Source: a candidate division FCPU426 bacterium (GTDB taxonomy: Bacteria; Oederibacteriota; JAAXVQ01; JAUVAV01). Taken from it: a DNA stretch of 64,000 nt. Within the stretch, counting starts at the first letter, position 1. Each line of letters starts with the position of its first letter. The stretch is taken from contig JBFLYH010000002.1 in NCBI GenBank assembly GCA_040756875.1, forward strand, positions 606,526-670,525, read 5' to 3'. This document shows positions 26,150 to 36,047 of this stretch, piece after piece. The translations under genes were made by a program, and so were the position numbers. Below the pieces are notes generated by a model. It saw only the letters and a program-made list of their open reading frames with translations, did not search any database and was not told the origin of the DNA.

Positions 26150-26794
26150 TCAGCCCTTGAACCCGGCGGGATTGTAGTACTGCGTGCCCTTGCCCATGGC
26201 GCGCACCTGCTTGACCAGGTCGTTCAGGTCCTGCCGGTTTTGCACGAAGTCGATGTCATTGGTGTTGACCACCAGGAGGGGCGTTTCCTGGTAGTGGAAG
26301 AAATAATGGTTGTAGGCCTGGTTCAGTTTTTCGAGGTATTCGCGGTCGAGGTTCCGTTCGAAGGCCCGGCCGCGGAGGGCCAGGCGCTGCAGCAGCACCT
26401 CGGTGGAAGCCTGCAGGTAGATCACCAGGTCCGGGCGCAGAAACTGCCCGTGCAGCAGCTGGCACAGGCGCTCGTACAGGGTCAGTTCGTTTTCATCCAG
26501 GGTGAGGTAGGCGAAAATCCGGTCCTTGCTGAACAGGTAGTCGCAGATCACGTTGCGCTGGAACAGGTTGCCCTGGGCGAGCTCCTGCTGCTGCCGGTAG
26601 CGGTTGAGCAGGAAAAATATCTGGGTCTGGAAGGCGTAGCCGCGCATGTCCTGGTAGAACTTGGACAGGAACGGGTTTTCCTCCGCGGCCTCCAGCACCA
26701 GGCGTGCGTTCAGCTCCTTGCCCAGGTATTCGCACAGGCTGGTCTTGCCCACGCCCAGCACGCCTTCGATCACGATATATCGGTTCGCTTCCAC
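26150..26794 (-). CDS. Deoxynucleoside kinase
   Basis: IEGVLGVGKT, NPFL.KFY, QIFFLLNRYRQQ, PDLVIYLQA; conserved folK-dNK-panB gene order. Confidence 0.93.
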   Translation of the reverse strand: MEANRYIVIEGVLGVGKTSLCEYLGKELNARLVLEAAEENPFLSKFYQDMRGYAFQTQIFFLLNRYRQQQELAQGNLFQRNVICDYLFSKDRIFAYLTLDENELTLYERLCQLLHGQFLRPDLVIYLQASTEVLLQRLALRGRAFERNLDREYLEKLNQAYNHYFFHYQETPLLVVNTNDIDFVQNRQDLNDLVKQVRAMGKGTQYYNPAGFKG

Positions 26795-26800
26795 CGGCGA

Positions 26801-27313
26801 TCACTCCTCGCTGCCCCAAGCCCAGTTGGGGCCCTGGATCCGCCGCAGCCGGGCCCGGTCGGCCAGGCGGCTGGCCAGCTGCCGCATGGTCAGTCCCAGT
26901 CGCGGATGAAGCAGGCCGGGTGCCAGTTCCGACAGCGGCTCAAGCACGAACGCCCGCCCGGACAGGCGGGGGTGCGGCAGTTCCAATCCGGGTTCCCGGA
27001 TAACCCGCCCATTATACAACAACCAGTCCACATCCAGCTCGCGCGGCGCGTTTTTTTCTCGCAGCACCCTGCCGGCCGCGGCCTCCAGGCCCTGGCCCAG
27101 GTCCAGCAGGGCCCTGGCCGCCCACTCGGTCCGCAGCCAGGCCACGGCGTTCAAATAATCAGGCTGAAAGCCCCCGCCCTGGGGGCGGCTCATATATAAG
27201 GAAGAAACTCCCAGCACCTGGATGCCGGGCTGCCGGCGCAGGCTGGCCACCGCCCGCCGCAGCTGTTGCCGCGGGTTCCCGAGGTTGGCGCCCAAGCCCG
27301 CGTAAACGTCCAT
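26801..27313 (-). CDS. folK: 6-hydroxymethyl-7,8-dihydropterin pyrophosphokinase
   Basis: GLGANLG, SSLY, YLNAV, PRELDVD, LPHPR, RAFVL.P. Confidence 0.93.
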   Translation of the reverse strand: MDVYAGLGANLGNPRQQLRRAVASLRRQPGIQVLGVSSLYMSRPQGGGFQPDYLNAVAWLRTEWAARALLDLGQGLEAAAGRVLREKNAPRELDVDWLLYNGRVIREPGLELPHPRLSGRAFVLEPLSELAPGLLHPRLGLTMRQLASRLADRARLRRIQGPNWAWGSEE

Positions 27314-27322
27314 GCGGCCCGC

Positions 27323-28486
27323 TTAAGCCACGGTTTGGATCCGCTTGACCGCTTCCTGCAGCCGGTCGTCCGGCGATGTAAGCGAAAAGCGGATGAAGCC
27401 TTCGCCCGCGGGGCCGAAGCCCACGCCGGGCGTGGCCACCACGGCCGCTTGTTCCAACAGGCGGGTCGCGTACTGCGTGGAGTCGAACCCGGCCGGCACC
27501 CGGCACCAGATATAGAAGGTCGCGGCTGGCGGCTGCACCTTGAACCCCGCGGTTTGCAGGCCGGCCACGAACAGGTCGCGGCGCCGGCGGTACACCCGCA
27601 CCAGCTCCGGAACAATCTCCTGGTCGTGCTCCAGCCCGGCCTTCCCCGCCATTTGGACCGCGGACACGGTCCCGGAATCCAGGTTGCCTTTGAGCTGGGC
27701 CAGGGCGTCGACCAGTTCCCGGCGGCCGCAGGCAAAACCGAGCCGCCAGCCGGTCATGGAAAAGGTCTTGGAAAAACTGTGGAACTCGATCGCCACTTCG
27801 GAAGCGCCGGGCAATTCCAGGATCGAAGACGGCGGATTGCCCTCGAAATAAATTTCCGAGTAGGCCATGTCGTAGGCCAGAATGACTTCGTGGCGGCGGC
27901 ACCAGGCCACCACCCGCTCCAGAAACTCCCGGTCCGCGGTCGCGGCCGTGGGATTGTTGGGATAATTCAGAAACATCAGCTTGGCCCGGCGCGCCACGTC
28001 TTCGGGGATGGCCTCAAGGTCCGGGAGAAAGCGGTTCTGCTCCAAGAGGGGCAGGCGGAAAGGCTCTGCGCCCGCGAACACCGTGCTCGCGTAATAGACC
28101 GGATAGCCGGGGTCCGGGATCAGCACCACGTCGCCCGGATTGACGAACGCCAGGGGCGCATGCCCGATTCCCTCTTTGCTGCCGATCAGGCACAGGACTT
28201 CCCGCTTCGGGTCCGCCTTGACGCCGAAGCGCCGGAACAGCCAGGCGCTGACCGCCTCCAGGAAATCGCTGCGGCCGCGGCCCAGGGGATACTGGTGGTT
28301 GCGGGGATCTTGGCTCGCGGCCTGGAGCGCGTCCAGGATCAGCTTCGGCGTGGGCAGGTCCGGATCGCCCACGCCCAGGTCGATCACGTCCACGCCGCGG
28401 GCCAGGGCGGCCCGCTTTTGGTTGTCGATTTCAACGAACAAATACGGCGGCAGGGCTTGCAGCCGCCGGGGCAGGACGACGTTCAT
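27323..28486 (-). CDS. dapL: LL-diaminopimelate aminotransferase (class I/II PLP)
   Basis: LPPYLF, DLGVGDPD, GSKEGI, NYPNNPT, HSFSKTFSMTGWRLG; located in the dap operon. Confidence 0.88.
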   Translation of the reverse strand: MNVVLPRRLQALPPYLFVEIDNQKRAALARGVDVIDLGVGDPDLPTPKLILDALQAASQDPRNHQYPLGRGRSDFLEAVSAWLFRRFGVKADPKREVLCLIGSKEGIGHAPLAFVNPGDVVLIPDPGYPVYYASTVFAGAEPFRLPLLEQNRFLPDLEAIPEDVARRAKLMFLNYPNNPTAATADREFLERVVAWCRRHEVILAYDMAYSEIYFEGNPPSSILELPGASEVAIEFHSFSKTFSMTGWRLGFACGRRELVDALAQLKGNLDSGTVSAVQMAGKAGLEHDQEIVPELVRVYRRRRDLFVAGLQTAGFKVQPPAATFYIWCRVPAGFDSTQYATRLLEQAAVVATPGVGFGPAGEGFIRFSLTSPDDRLQEAVKRIQTVA

Positions 28487-28887
28487 GGTTCCTTTTCCTC
28501 CGTGCCCGGCGTTTCCCTTAAAATCGTTTCGTTGTGATCCGTGGCCTCCCACGAGGTGGGCCGGGCTTCCCTCCACGCGGGGTAATGCGCCTTCATCCAG
28601 TCATCGGCCGCCTCCTGCAGCGTCAGGGAGGACCCGAATTCCAGTTTGCCGGCTTTTACCAGGTTCTCGGTCTGCAGCCATTTGTGGTTGAGTATTTCCT
28701 GGTAGATCTCGCGGGCCTCGGGCTCGGGAATGACTTTGCCGGTCAGTTTGCTGAGTTTGAGGGTGTACTGCCCGTCCTTGATCGGCTCGATCACGGCCTG
28801 CCAGACGTTGTTGCGCGTGATCTCCACGTCCACGATTCCGTAGCCCAGCATGGTGATGCCCTTGCGGTCGAGTTTAATCGCGCTCAT
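28483..28887 (-). CDS. Hypothetical protein with DUF4032-like C-terminal part
   Basis: IYQEILNHKWL.TE...LQEAADDW...Y pattern; translationally coupled (ATGA) to dapL. Confidence 0.6.
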   Translation of the reverse strand: MSAIKLDRKGITMLGYGIVDVEITRNNVWQAVIEPIKDGQYTLKLSKLTGKVIPEPEAREIYQEILNHKWLQTENLVKAGKLEFGSSLTLQEAADDWMKAHYPAWREARPTSWEATDHNETILRETPGTEEKEP

Positions 28888-28944
28888 GGTCGCAGCATCC
28901 TTTCTCCGTCGTGTGAACAGGATATCAGAAAACCCCGCCAGCCA

Positions 28945-29748
28945 CTACGCTTTTTCCAGGCCCAGCACTTCGGCCATGCCGTAAAAACCCGGCGGCTGGC
29001 CGTGAATCCAGGCCGCGGCCCGGACCGCGCCGCGCGCCAGGGTGTCCCGGGAATGGAGCTGGTGCCTTAATTCCAGACGTTCGCCCGGCCCGGCGAAGAG
29101 CGCGATATGGTCGCCGACGATGTCGCCGCCGCGCACGGCGTGCACGCCGACCTCGTCCTGCGGCCTGGGGCCGACCAGCCCTTCCCGGCCGTAAACCGCG
29201 TGGCGCTTGGGGTCCAGACCCCGGCCGTGGCAGATGGCTTCCAGCAGTGTGACGGCCGTGCCTGAAGGCGCGTCCTTTTTCTGGTTGTGGTGGGCTTCGA
29301 TGATCTCCGCGTTGAAGGCCGGTCCCAAAACCGCGGCCGCCTGCCGGGCCAGGGCCCACAGCAGGTTCACGCCCAGGGAATAATTGGTGGCGTAGACCAC
29401 GGGCCGGCTGCGGCCGGCTGCGCGCAACTGGTCCAGTTGTTCAGGCGTCAAGCCCGTGGTGCCGACCACCAGGGCGCATTCGCGGGACAGGCCCGCGTCC
29501 AGCAGGGCCAGCGTGGCTTCGGGCGCGGTGAAATCGATCACGACCTGGCAGGCGCCCGGTGCCGGCGCAGCGGCGATGGGCACCCCGAGGGAATTGATGC
29601 CCGCCACCAGACCCGCGTCCTGGCCCACATGGCTTTCGCCCGGGCGTTCCCAGGCCGAAGCGAGCTTGAACTGTCCCTGTTCGGCCACGGCCCGCACCAA
29701 GGCCCGGCCCATCTTTCCCGCAGCACCCGCAATGCCGACAGTGATCAT
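28945..29748 (-). CDS. dapB: 4-hydroxy-tetrahydrodipicolinate reductase
   Basis: GAAGKMG, IDFT, VGTTG, EAHHNQKKDAPSGTA, RGGDIVGDH. Confidence 0.97.
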   Translation of the reverse strand: MITVGIAGAAGKMGRALVRAVAEQGQFKLASAWERPGESHVGQDAGLVAGINSLGVPIAAAPAPGACQVVIDFTAPEATLALLDAGLSRECALVVGTTGLTPEQLDQLRAAGRSRPVVYATNYSLGVNLLWALARQAAAVLGPAFNAEIIEAHHNQKKDAPSGTAVTLLEAICHGRGLDPKRHAVYGREGLVGPRPQDEVGVHAVRGGDIVGDHIALFAGPGERLELRHQLHSRDTLARGAVRAAAWIHGQPPGFYGMAEVLGLEKA

Positions 29749-29757
29749 GGCAGCCTC

Positions 29758-30636
29758 CTACTTCAACAGGCCGAAATCAGCCATGGCCTGGCGCAGCTTC
29801 TGCCGGGTATCTTCCGCCACCGGTACCAGGGGCAGACGCAGGTCTCCGGCGCAAAATCCCATTAAAGCCGCGGCGGCTTTCACCGGGCCGGGGCTGGTTT
29901 CCAGGAACAGCGCCTTCACCAGCGGCAGCAGGCGTTCGTGCTGGGCCAGGGCCTGGGCGGTCTTTCCGGCTTCCCAAAATTCCACCAGATTGGCGGTCTC
30001 CCGCGGGGCGATGTTCGCCACCACGGAAATGACGCCCGTGCCGCCCATGGCCAGGACCGGCAAGGTCAGGGCGTCGTCGCCGGACAGGATCGGCACGCGG
30101 TCCCCCAGCAGGGTGTGCAGGCGGCTGATCTGTTCCAGGCTGCCGGACGCTTCCTTGACGCCGACCAGCAGCGGGCAAGCCTGGCTGATCCGGGCGATGG
30201 TTTCGGGCAGAACGTTCACGCCCGTGCGGCCCTGGATGTTGTAGAGGATGAAGGGAAAATCCGTGGCTTCCGCGATTTTCATGTAATGCTGATAGAGGCC
30301 TTCCTGGGTCGGCCGGTTGTAGTAGGGCGCCACGGACAGCGCGGCGTCCGCGCCCGCGGCCTTGGCCGCGCGCGTCAGCTCGATTGCCTCCACCGTGTTG
30401 TTGGACCCGGTTCCCGCGACCACGGGGACGCGCTTGGCCGTGATCTCCACGGTCAGGGCGATGACGCGCTCGTGTTCCTCCACGCTGAGCGTGGAAGATT
30501 CGCCGGTGGTGCCGCACGGCACCAGGCCGTGCGTGCCCCCGCTGATCTGGAATTCGATCAGGCGCTTGAGGGCCTCCTCGTCCACCCGTCCCTGGCGAAA
30601 GGGCGTAATCAGTGCGACCAGCGAGCCTCGGTACAT
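29758..30636 (-). CDS. dapA: 4-hydroxy-tetrahydrodipicolinate synthase
   Basis: ALITPF, GTTGES, PYYNRP, LYNIQGRTG, GVKEASG, SGDD; start at MYRGS with GGAGG RBS. Confidence 0.97.
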   Translation of the reverse strand: MYRGSLVALITPFRQGRVDEEALKRLIEFQISGGTHGLVPCGTTGESSTLSVEEHERVIALTVEITAKRVPVVAGTGSNNTVEAIELTRAAKAAGADAALSVAPYYNRPTQEGLYQHYMKIAEATDFPFILYNIQGRTGVNVLPETIARISQACPLLVGVKEASGSLEQISRLHTLLGDRVPILSGDDALTLPVLAMGGTGVISVVANIAPRETANLVEFWEAGKTAQALAQHERLLPLVKALFLETSPGPVKAAAALMGFCAGDLRLPLVPVAEDTRQKLRQAMADFGLLK

Positions 30637-30647
30637 GGAATCCTCCT

Positions 30648-31523
30648 TCAGGCGCAAGCCGGGGCCGGCCGGTCCGGCGGCGTGAACGCCGTCGCCTCGT
30701 CGGCCGCTTCGGCCCAATAGACCAGGCGGGCTTCACCGCGCTGGGTGATCTCCGAAAAGCCGGCGGGGCCGGCCGTGAAATTCATCTCCAGTTCCAGGCC
30801 GCTGCGCGTGAGCACGGCCACCGGCGGCCGCACCAGGCCGCGGGCGGCGGCCAGGAGCGAGGCCGCAGCCACGCCCGTGCCGCAGGCCAGGGTTTCGTCC
30901 TCCACGCCGCGCTCGTACGTGCGCACGCTCAGGCGGTTCGGCCCGAGCACCTGGCAGAAATTGACGTTCGTGCCCTGGGGTGCAAACGCCGGGTGCAGGC
31001 GCACTTCGCGGCCCAGGCCCTTCACATCCTCGCGCTCCACCGCGTCGGTGAAAAAAACCGCGTGCGGAACCCCGGTATCGATGGAATCCGCCTCCCGCTC
31101 GCCGGTCGAGAGGACCAGGCGCAGGCCGGTTTGCTGCCGGGCGGGCGCAGGCAGGCTCAGGCGGACCCGGCTGCCTTCCACGCGCGCCGTGTACACGCCC
31201 GAAGCCGAGCTGAAGCGCAGGTCCCGGCCTTCTTCGCCCACGTTGACCAGCACCGCGAACCGGGCCAGGCAGCGCCCGCCGTTGCCGCACATGGCGGCCT
31301 CGGAGCCGTCGGCGTTGAAATAACGCATGGAAAAATCTAGGCCCGGGCCGGCGGCCGGCCCCAGCAGCATCAGGCCGTCCGCGCCCACGCTGAAGCGCCG
31401 GCTGCAGAGTTTGGCGATCCAGCGAGGGTCAGGCTCCGGCACCTGCCCCTGGCGGTTGTCGAAAACGATGAAATCATTGCCCGCACCGGTCATCTTGGCG
31501 AAACGCAGCGTCATGGCCGTCAT
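30648..31523 (-). CDS. dapF: Diaminopimelate epimerase
   Basis: KMTGAGNDF, GADG, NADGSEAAMCGNG, GVPHAV, GTNVNF, ERGVEDETLACGTG. Confidence 0.97.
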   Translation of the reverse strand: MTAMTLRFAKMTGAGNDFIVFDNRQGQVPEPDPRWIAKLCSRRFSVGADGLMLLGPAAGPGLDFSMRYFNADGSEAAMCGNGGRCLARFAVLVNVGEEGRDLRFSSASGVYTARVEGSRVRLSLPAPARQQTGLRLVLSTGEREADSIDTGVPHAVFFTDAVEREDVKGLGREVRLHPAFAPQGTNVNFCQVLGPNRLSVRTYERGVEDETLACGTGVAAASLLAAARGLVRPPVAVLTRSGLELEMNFTAGPAGFSEITQRGEARLVYWAEAADEATAFTPPDRPAPACA

Positions 31524-32791
31524 CTCCGTCCCGGCGCAGCCAGGGCCTCGTCCTGTTCCAGGGCCATCAAATCCGTGTAGGTTTCCCGGCGCCGAATCAA
31601 GCGCGCCCGGCTGCCGGAAACCAGCACCTCGGCCGGCCGCGGCCGCGAATTGTAATTCGACGCCATGGCCATGCCGTACGCGCCGGCGCTGCGGACCACG
31701 AGCAGGTCGCCGGATTCCAGCTTGGGCAGGCGCCGGTCCTTGCCCAAGAAATCGCCGGACTCGCAGATCGGGCCGACCACGTCCGTCAGCACCGGCCGGC
31801 TCGCGCGCCCCCGGCGGACGGGCAGAATCTGGTGAAACGCTCCGTACAAGCTGGGGCGGATCAAATCGTTCATGCCCGCGTCCACGATGGCGAAGGTCTT
31901 GACGTGCCCGCGCTTGACGTACTGCACGGCGGTCAGCAGCACGCCGGCATTGCCCACGATGAAGCGGCCGGGCTCCAGGATCAGGCGGCACTGCAGGGGC
32001 TCCAGCAGCGGCCGCACGGCCTGGGCGAATTCGTCGGCCGTCTGCGGCCGCTCTTCGTTGTAAATGATCCCGAGCCCGCCGCCCAGGTTGAAATACTCGA
32101 TCCCGAATCCGTCCTGCCGCAGGGCCGCCACCACCTGGCCGAGTCGCTTCAAGGCCTGCAGGTAAGGCGTGGCCGTGGTGATCTGCGAACCCAGGTGCAC
32201 GTGCAGGCCCACGGGCCGCAGGTTGCGCAGGCGGCGGCTGGCGCGGAACAAATCCAGGGCCAGCGGGATGGACAGCCCGAACTTGTTTTCCTTGCGGCCG
32301 GTGGTGATGTAGTGGTGGGTGCCGGCGTCCACGTCCGGGTTGACCCGGAACGCCACCCGCGCCTGCACGCCCAAGCGCCGGGCCACCCGGTCGATCAGGC
32401 GCGCCTCGGGCTCGGACTCCACGTTGAACATCAGGATGCCGGCGGCCAGGGCCGCCTCCAACTCCGCCTCGGTCTTGCCCACGCCCGCGTAGACGATCCG
32501 CTCCGGCGGCACGCCCGCGGCCAGGCCGCGGGTCAACTCGCCCTGGGAAACGATGTCCAAACCGGCGCCCTGCCCGGCCAACAAGCGCAGGATCGAAAGG
32601 TTCGAATTAGCCTTCACCGAATAGCAGACCAGGGGATTCAAATCGGCGAACGCCCGGGCGATTTTTTGATAATGCGAGAGGATGGTGGCCTGGCTGTAGA
32701 CGTACAAAGGCGTGCCGAACCGCCTGGCCAGCTGGGCCAGCGGCGCGTCTTCGCAATACCATTCCCCCTGCCTCACCTTAAAATCGTCCAT
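31520..32791 (-). CDS. lysA: Diaminopimelate decarboxylase
   Basis: GTPLYVY, YSVKAN, HVHLGSQ, NLGGG, EPGR, GPICESGD, GAYG..MASNYN. Confidence 0.98.
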   Translation of the reverse strand: MDDFKVRQGEWYCEDAPLAQLARRFGTPLYVYSQATILSHYQKIARAFADLNPLVCYSVKANSNLSILRLLAGQGAGLDIVSQGELTRGLAAGVPPERIVYAGVGKTEAELEAALAAGILMFNVESEPEARLIDRVARRLGVQARVAFRVNPDVDAGTHHYITTGRKENKFGLSIPLALDLFRASRRLRNLRPVGLHVHLGSQITTATPYLQALKRLGQVVAALRQDGFGIEYFNLGGGLGIIYNEERPQTADEFAQAVRPLLEPLQCRLILEPGRFIVGNAGVLLTAVQYVKRGHVKTFAIVDAGMNDLIRPSLYGAFHQILPVRRGRASRPVLTDVVGPICESGDFLGKDRRLPKLESGDLLVVRSAGAYGMAMASNYNSRPRPAEVLVSGSRARLIRRRETYTDLMALEQDEALAAPGRR

Positions 32792-32851
32792 CGGGTCTTC
32801 CGCCTCTCGCCTCCGGAGCGGACAACGCGTCGCTCCCGAAAAATATCCGCA

Positions 32852-32880
32852 ATGCTAGCACACCCATTTTCCCTTGTCAA
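32852..32880 (-). promoter_or_regulatory. Probable sigma-70 promoter of the lysA-dap-fol-pan-nad operon
   Basis: Minus strand TTGACA, 17 nt, TAGCAT, with an extended -10 TG. Confidence 0.6.
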
Positions 32881-33006
32881 ATGGAGCCCCCGGCCGAGGG
32901 GCCCGGGGTTTTTTATATAAATTTCTTTCCGCTCCCCTGCGAGGTTGAGTATAGGGCATGGCCGGCAAGGCGTTTGCGAAAGGGAACGGGAAGTGTAAGC
33001 GGAGGT

Positions 33007-33672
33007 TTAAAAATCTTTAGCGAGACTGAAATGCTGGAGATGCACCAGGGAGGACGTCACTTCGTAATTCAGGCGCCAGCGCCAGCCCTGCGTCCTGAAG
33101 CCGATGCCGAAGGCCAGGCCGTTGGAGCGCTCCCCGTCCATTTGCAGGTGGTATTCCAGATAGGAATGCGCGCCGTTCTTCAGCTTCAACTCGGGCCCGA
33201 CCCAGACCCGCATGACGTCGTCGAAGGGCGCTTCCACCTTGGTGTTCATGGTCACCTGCTGGACCAGCGGGTAGGAGGAATCCACTTCGATCTCAATCGG
33301 CAAAAAACGCCCGCAGCTGAGATAGCGGTTGAGATCCTCGTCGGCGTAAATGCGAACCTGCCCCTCCAGGGGCAGGCCGATCAGCGCCGCCATCCGGTCA
33401 ATGTCCATGGCCACGCTGGCCTGCCGGGAATCTTCAACGATGCTCATTCCGGAGGAAGATATCAGCTCCCGCATCTGGCTGCGCAAAAAACGGCGCAAAT
33501 ACTCCTGGCCCTGGCTGAGGTATTGATCCCTGACCTCGGCCGGAGCGCTGACGCGGTCTCCGTAAAGTTGGGCCTGCTGCAAGGCCATGGCCTGGAAAGA
33601 ATCCGCCAGGGCCGTGGCCGCCCAGCCCAGGGCCAGGCAGGCGAGCAGCATCCCCTTCAGCCAGTGGTTCAT
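33007..33672 (-). CDS. Hypothetical secreted protein, possibly a small outer-membrane beta-barrel
   Basis: Signal peptide (..ATALA); C-terminal half of alternating amphipathic strands ending in Phe (..HFSLAKDF); AAGGAG RBS. Confidence 0.65.
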   Translation of the reverse strand: MNHWLKGMLLACLALGWAATALADSFQAMALQQAQLYGDRVSAPAEVRDQYLSQGQEYLRRFLRSQMRELISSSGMSIVEDSRQASVAMDIDRMAALIGLPLEGQVRIYADEDLNRYLSCGRFLPIEIEVDSSYPLVQQVTMNTKVEAPFDDVMRVWVGPELKLKNGAHSYLEYHLQMDGERSNGLAFGIGFRTQGWRWRLNYEVTSSLVHLQHFSLAKDF

Positions 33673-33735
33673 AGCCACTCCTTGCAGGATAATATATAAG
33701 TATAACCGTCCCTGCCAAACCCTGTCAAATAGTCT

Positions 33736-35049
33736 TTAAAACCCTTTGTCATTAAGGCGGCGGACGATGCGTCTGGCAGGTTCCAACAGGTACAGGGACC
33801 CGGTTATCAGGATGATCGACTTCAGCCCGGCCGCGCTGAAGGCCGCGCGCACAGCAGCAGCCAGGGTGCGGCAAGGCCGGGCCGGCACGCCCTGCTGCCT
33901 GAATATCCTTGCCAATTCGGGCGCAGGCAGGCCGCGCGCATCCGGCGGGGTCACGGTCCAGGCTTGTTGGGCTATGGGCGCCAGGGCTGCGGCGATGCCG
34001 GTTGTGTCCTTGTCAGCCATACAGCCGGCAATCAACAAACAGGAGGCGTCTTGCTCCCTGAACTCCTGCGCCAGGGCCTGGGCTGCGGCCGGGTTATGTG
34101 CGCCATCCAAAATGACCCAGGGCCTACGGTGGATGGTCTCCAAACGGCCCGGCCACTTCACGCGCCTGCAGCCAGCGGGGATCGCGCGGCGCAGGCCGGG
34201 AAACCCGGCGGTTTCCAATTCGCCGGCTGCTGCGACAGCCAACGCCAGATTATCGGCTTGAAATGCGCCGGCCAGGGGAATTCGCAGTTGCAGGTTTGTC
34301 CGGGATGCGACCTTCAGATCCACGGCCAGGCCGCCTGGCACCCGCTGCCGGCGCAGGATGCGGACTGCATCCCCCGGCCGGGCGCCGGTAAATTTGACCG
34401 GAAACCCGCGCCCCTGCCCCAGCGCCTGCAACTGGCGGCGCAGGGCGGGGTCAGGCTCCGCGCACAGCATGGGCACGCCCGGCCTGGCCAGGCCGGCTTT
34501 TTCCCTGAGAATGGCCTGCCGGGTGGTCCCGAGAAAATCCGTGTGTTCGAGCTGCACGTTGGTCAGCAGCGAAAGGCGGATATCCTGCCAGGCCGAGGTG
34601 GCGTCCAGGCGGCCGCCCATGCCCACTTCCAAGACCGCCAGTTGCGCCCCCTGGCTGCGGAACAGTTCCGCCGCCAGCACGGTCCACGCTTCGAAGGTGG
34701 TGGCTGGCTGCCCCTGGCGCTTCATCCGCTGCAAGGCGGGCAGCAGGCGCTTGACCGCGGCGGCGAACGCAGCGGCCTTTGCCGGTTTCCCGTCCAGGGT
34801 GATTCGCTCGCGTTCGTCGGCCAGATGGGGCGAGGTGAAGCATCCGACGCGGTATCCGGCCGCCTGGGCCATGCTGGATACCAGGGCCGCGACCGATCCC
34901 TTGCCATTGGTGCCGGTAATCTGCACCGCCGGACAACAGCGTTCCGGATGGCCGCAGAGTTCCAGCAGCCGGCGCGTGCGTTCCAGGCCCGGCAACACGG
35001 CGCGCTTGGTCCAGCGCCGCAGAGCGGCCTGGGCTGATTGTAAAATCAC
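33736..35049 (-). CDS. folC: Folylpolyglutamate synthase / dihydrofolate synthase
   Basis: GTNGKGS, FTSPHL..ERERI, EVGMGGRLDAT, WPGRLE, LDGAHNP, TGSLY; follows accD; start approximate (GTG). Confidence 0.94.
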   Translation of the reverse strand: MILQSAQAALRRWTKRAVLPGLERTRRLLELCGHPERCCPAVQITGTNGKGSVAALVSSMAQAAGYRVGCFTSPHLADERERITLDGKPAKAAAFAAAVKRLLPALQRMKRQGQPATTFEAWTVLAAELFRSQGAQLAVLEVGMGGRLDATSAWQDIRLSLLTNVQLEHTDFLGTTRQAILREKAGLARPGVPMLCAEPDPALRRQLQALGQGRGFPVKFTGARPGDAVRILRRQRVPGGLAVDLKVASRTNLQLRIPLAGAFQADNLALAVAAAGELETAGFPGLRRAIPAGCRRVKWPGRLETIHRRPWVILDGAHNPAAAQALAQEFREQDASCLLIAGCMADKDTTGIAAALAPIAQQAWTVTPPDARGLPAPELARIFRQQGVPARPCRTLAAAVRAAFSAAGLKSIILITGSLYLLEPARRIVRRLNDKGF

Positions 35050-35056
35050 GGGAATT

Positions 35057-35935
35057 TCACCCCCGGCTGGGGCCGGAGGACTTGACAGGGCGGGGGGAAA
35101 GGGACAACAGGCGGCCAAGGGTCTCTTTCAACTGCTGGCGCTTGACCACCATGTCGAGCATGCCGTGTTCCAGGAGAAACTCGGCGCGTTGAAACCGTTT
35201 GGGCAGGTGATGGCGGATGGTTTGTTCGATTACGCGCGGGCCGGCGAACATGATCTGGGCGTTGGGTTCGGCGATATTGATATCTCCCAGCATGGCGAAA
35301 CTCGCGGTCACACCGCCGCCCGTAGGATCCGCCAGCACGGAGATATAAAGCTGGCCTGCCGCGGACAGGCGCGCCAGGGCGGCCGAGGTCTTGGCCATCT
35401 GCATCAGGGAGACAATGCCCTCCTGCATGCGCGCGCCGCCGCCCGAAGAGGACACAATGACCACGGGCAGACGGTCCTTCACCGCGCGCTCGATCAGGCG
35501 GGCGATCTCCTCGCCCAGCACGGACCCCATGGAACCTCCCATGAACCCGTAATCCGTGATCGCCAGCGCGGTTTTGACGCCGCTGATCTCGCACAAGCCG
35601 CTGAGTATGGCATCCCGCAGATTGGTCTTCTTTTGTCCGGCCTTAACTTTTTCGGCATAATTGGGAAATTCCAGCGGATTGGCGGACTGTATCCGGCCGG
35701 AAAGGGTCTCCAGAAATACGCCCTTGTCAGCCAAAAGCCGGAGCCGCTCCCGCGCGGGCATCTGGAAATGGTGGTTGCACTTGGGACAGGTCCGCCAAGC
35801 TGCCTCGATTTCCTTGTTGAAAACAATCTCAGCGCAGGTTGGACACTTGGTCACCAGGTTGTCAGGAATGGCGACCGTGCGCTCCTTTTTGGAGGCCCTG
35901 ACTGTCATATACTTTGGTTTCTTAAACCAATCCAT
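35057..35935 (-). CDS. accD: Acetyl-CoA carboxylase carboxyltransferase beta subunit
   Basis: CxxC..CxxC zinc finger, FMGGSMG, GGARMQEG, PTGGGVTASFA, FQRAEFLLEHG. Confidence 0.97.
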   Translation of the reverse strand: MDWFKKPKYMTVRASKKERTVAIPDNLVTKCPTCAEIVFNKEIEAAWRTCPKCNHHFQMPARERLRLLADKGVFLETLSGRIQSANPLEFPNYAEKVKAGQKKTNLRDAILSGLCEISGVKTALAITDYGFMGGSMGSVLGEEIARLIERAVKDRLPVVIVSSSGGGARMQEGIVSLMQMAKTSAALARLSAAGQLYISVLADPTGGGVTASFAMLGDINIAEPNAQIMFAGPRVIEQTIRHHLPKRFQRAEFLLEHGMLDMVVKRQQLKETLGRLLSLSPRPVKSSGPSRG

Positions 35936-36047
35936 GCTTTGGTCCTTTAAAAAAGATTCTTTCCGAACAAAAACGCGTATATTTTAACTTATTTTGGATA
36001 AAAAAAAGATAAAAAAGCGCGTCTGAAACCAGCCTCCGTTATTTCCC

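Noticed and set aside
32885-32914. Hairpin followed by T6 on the plus strand upstream of lysA
   Set aside because: Terminator-like, but there is no plus-strand gene to terminate and no lysine riboswitch features; function cannot be supported.
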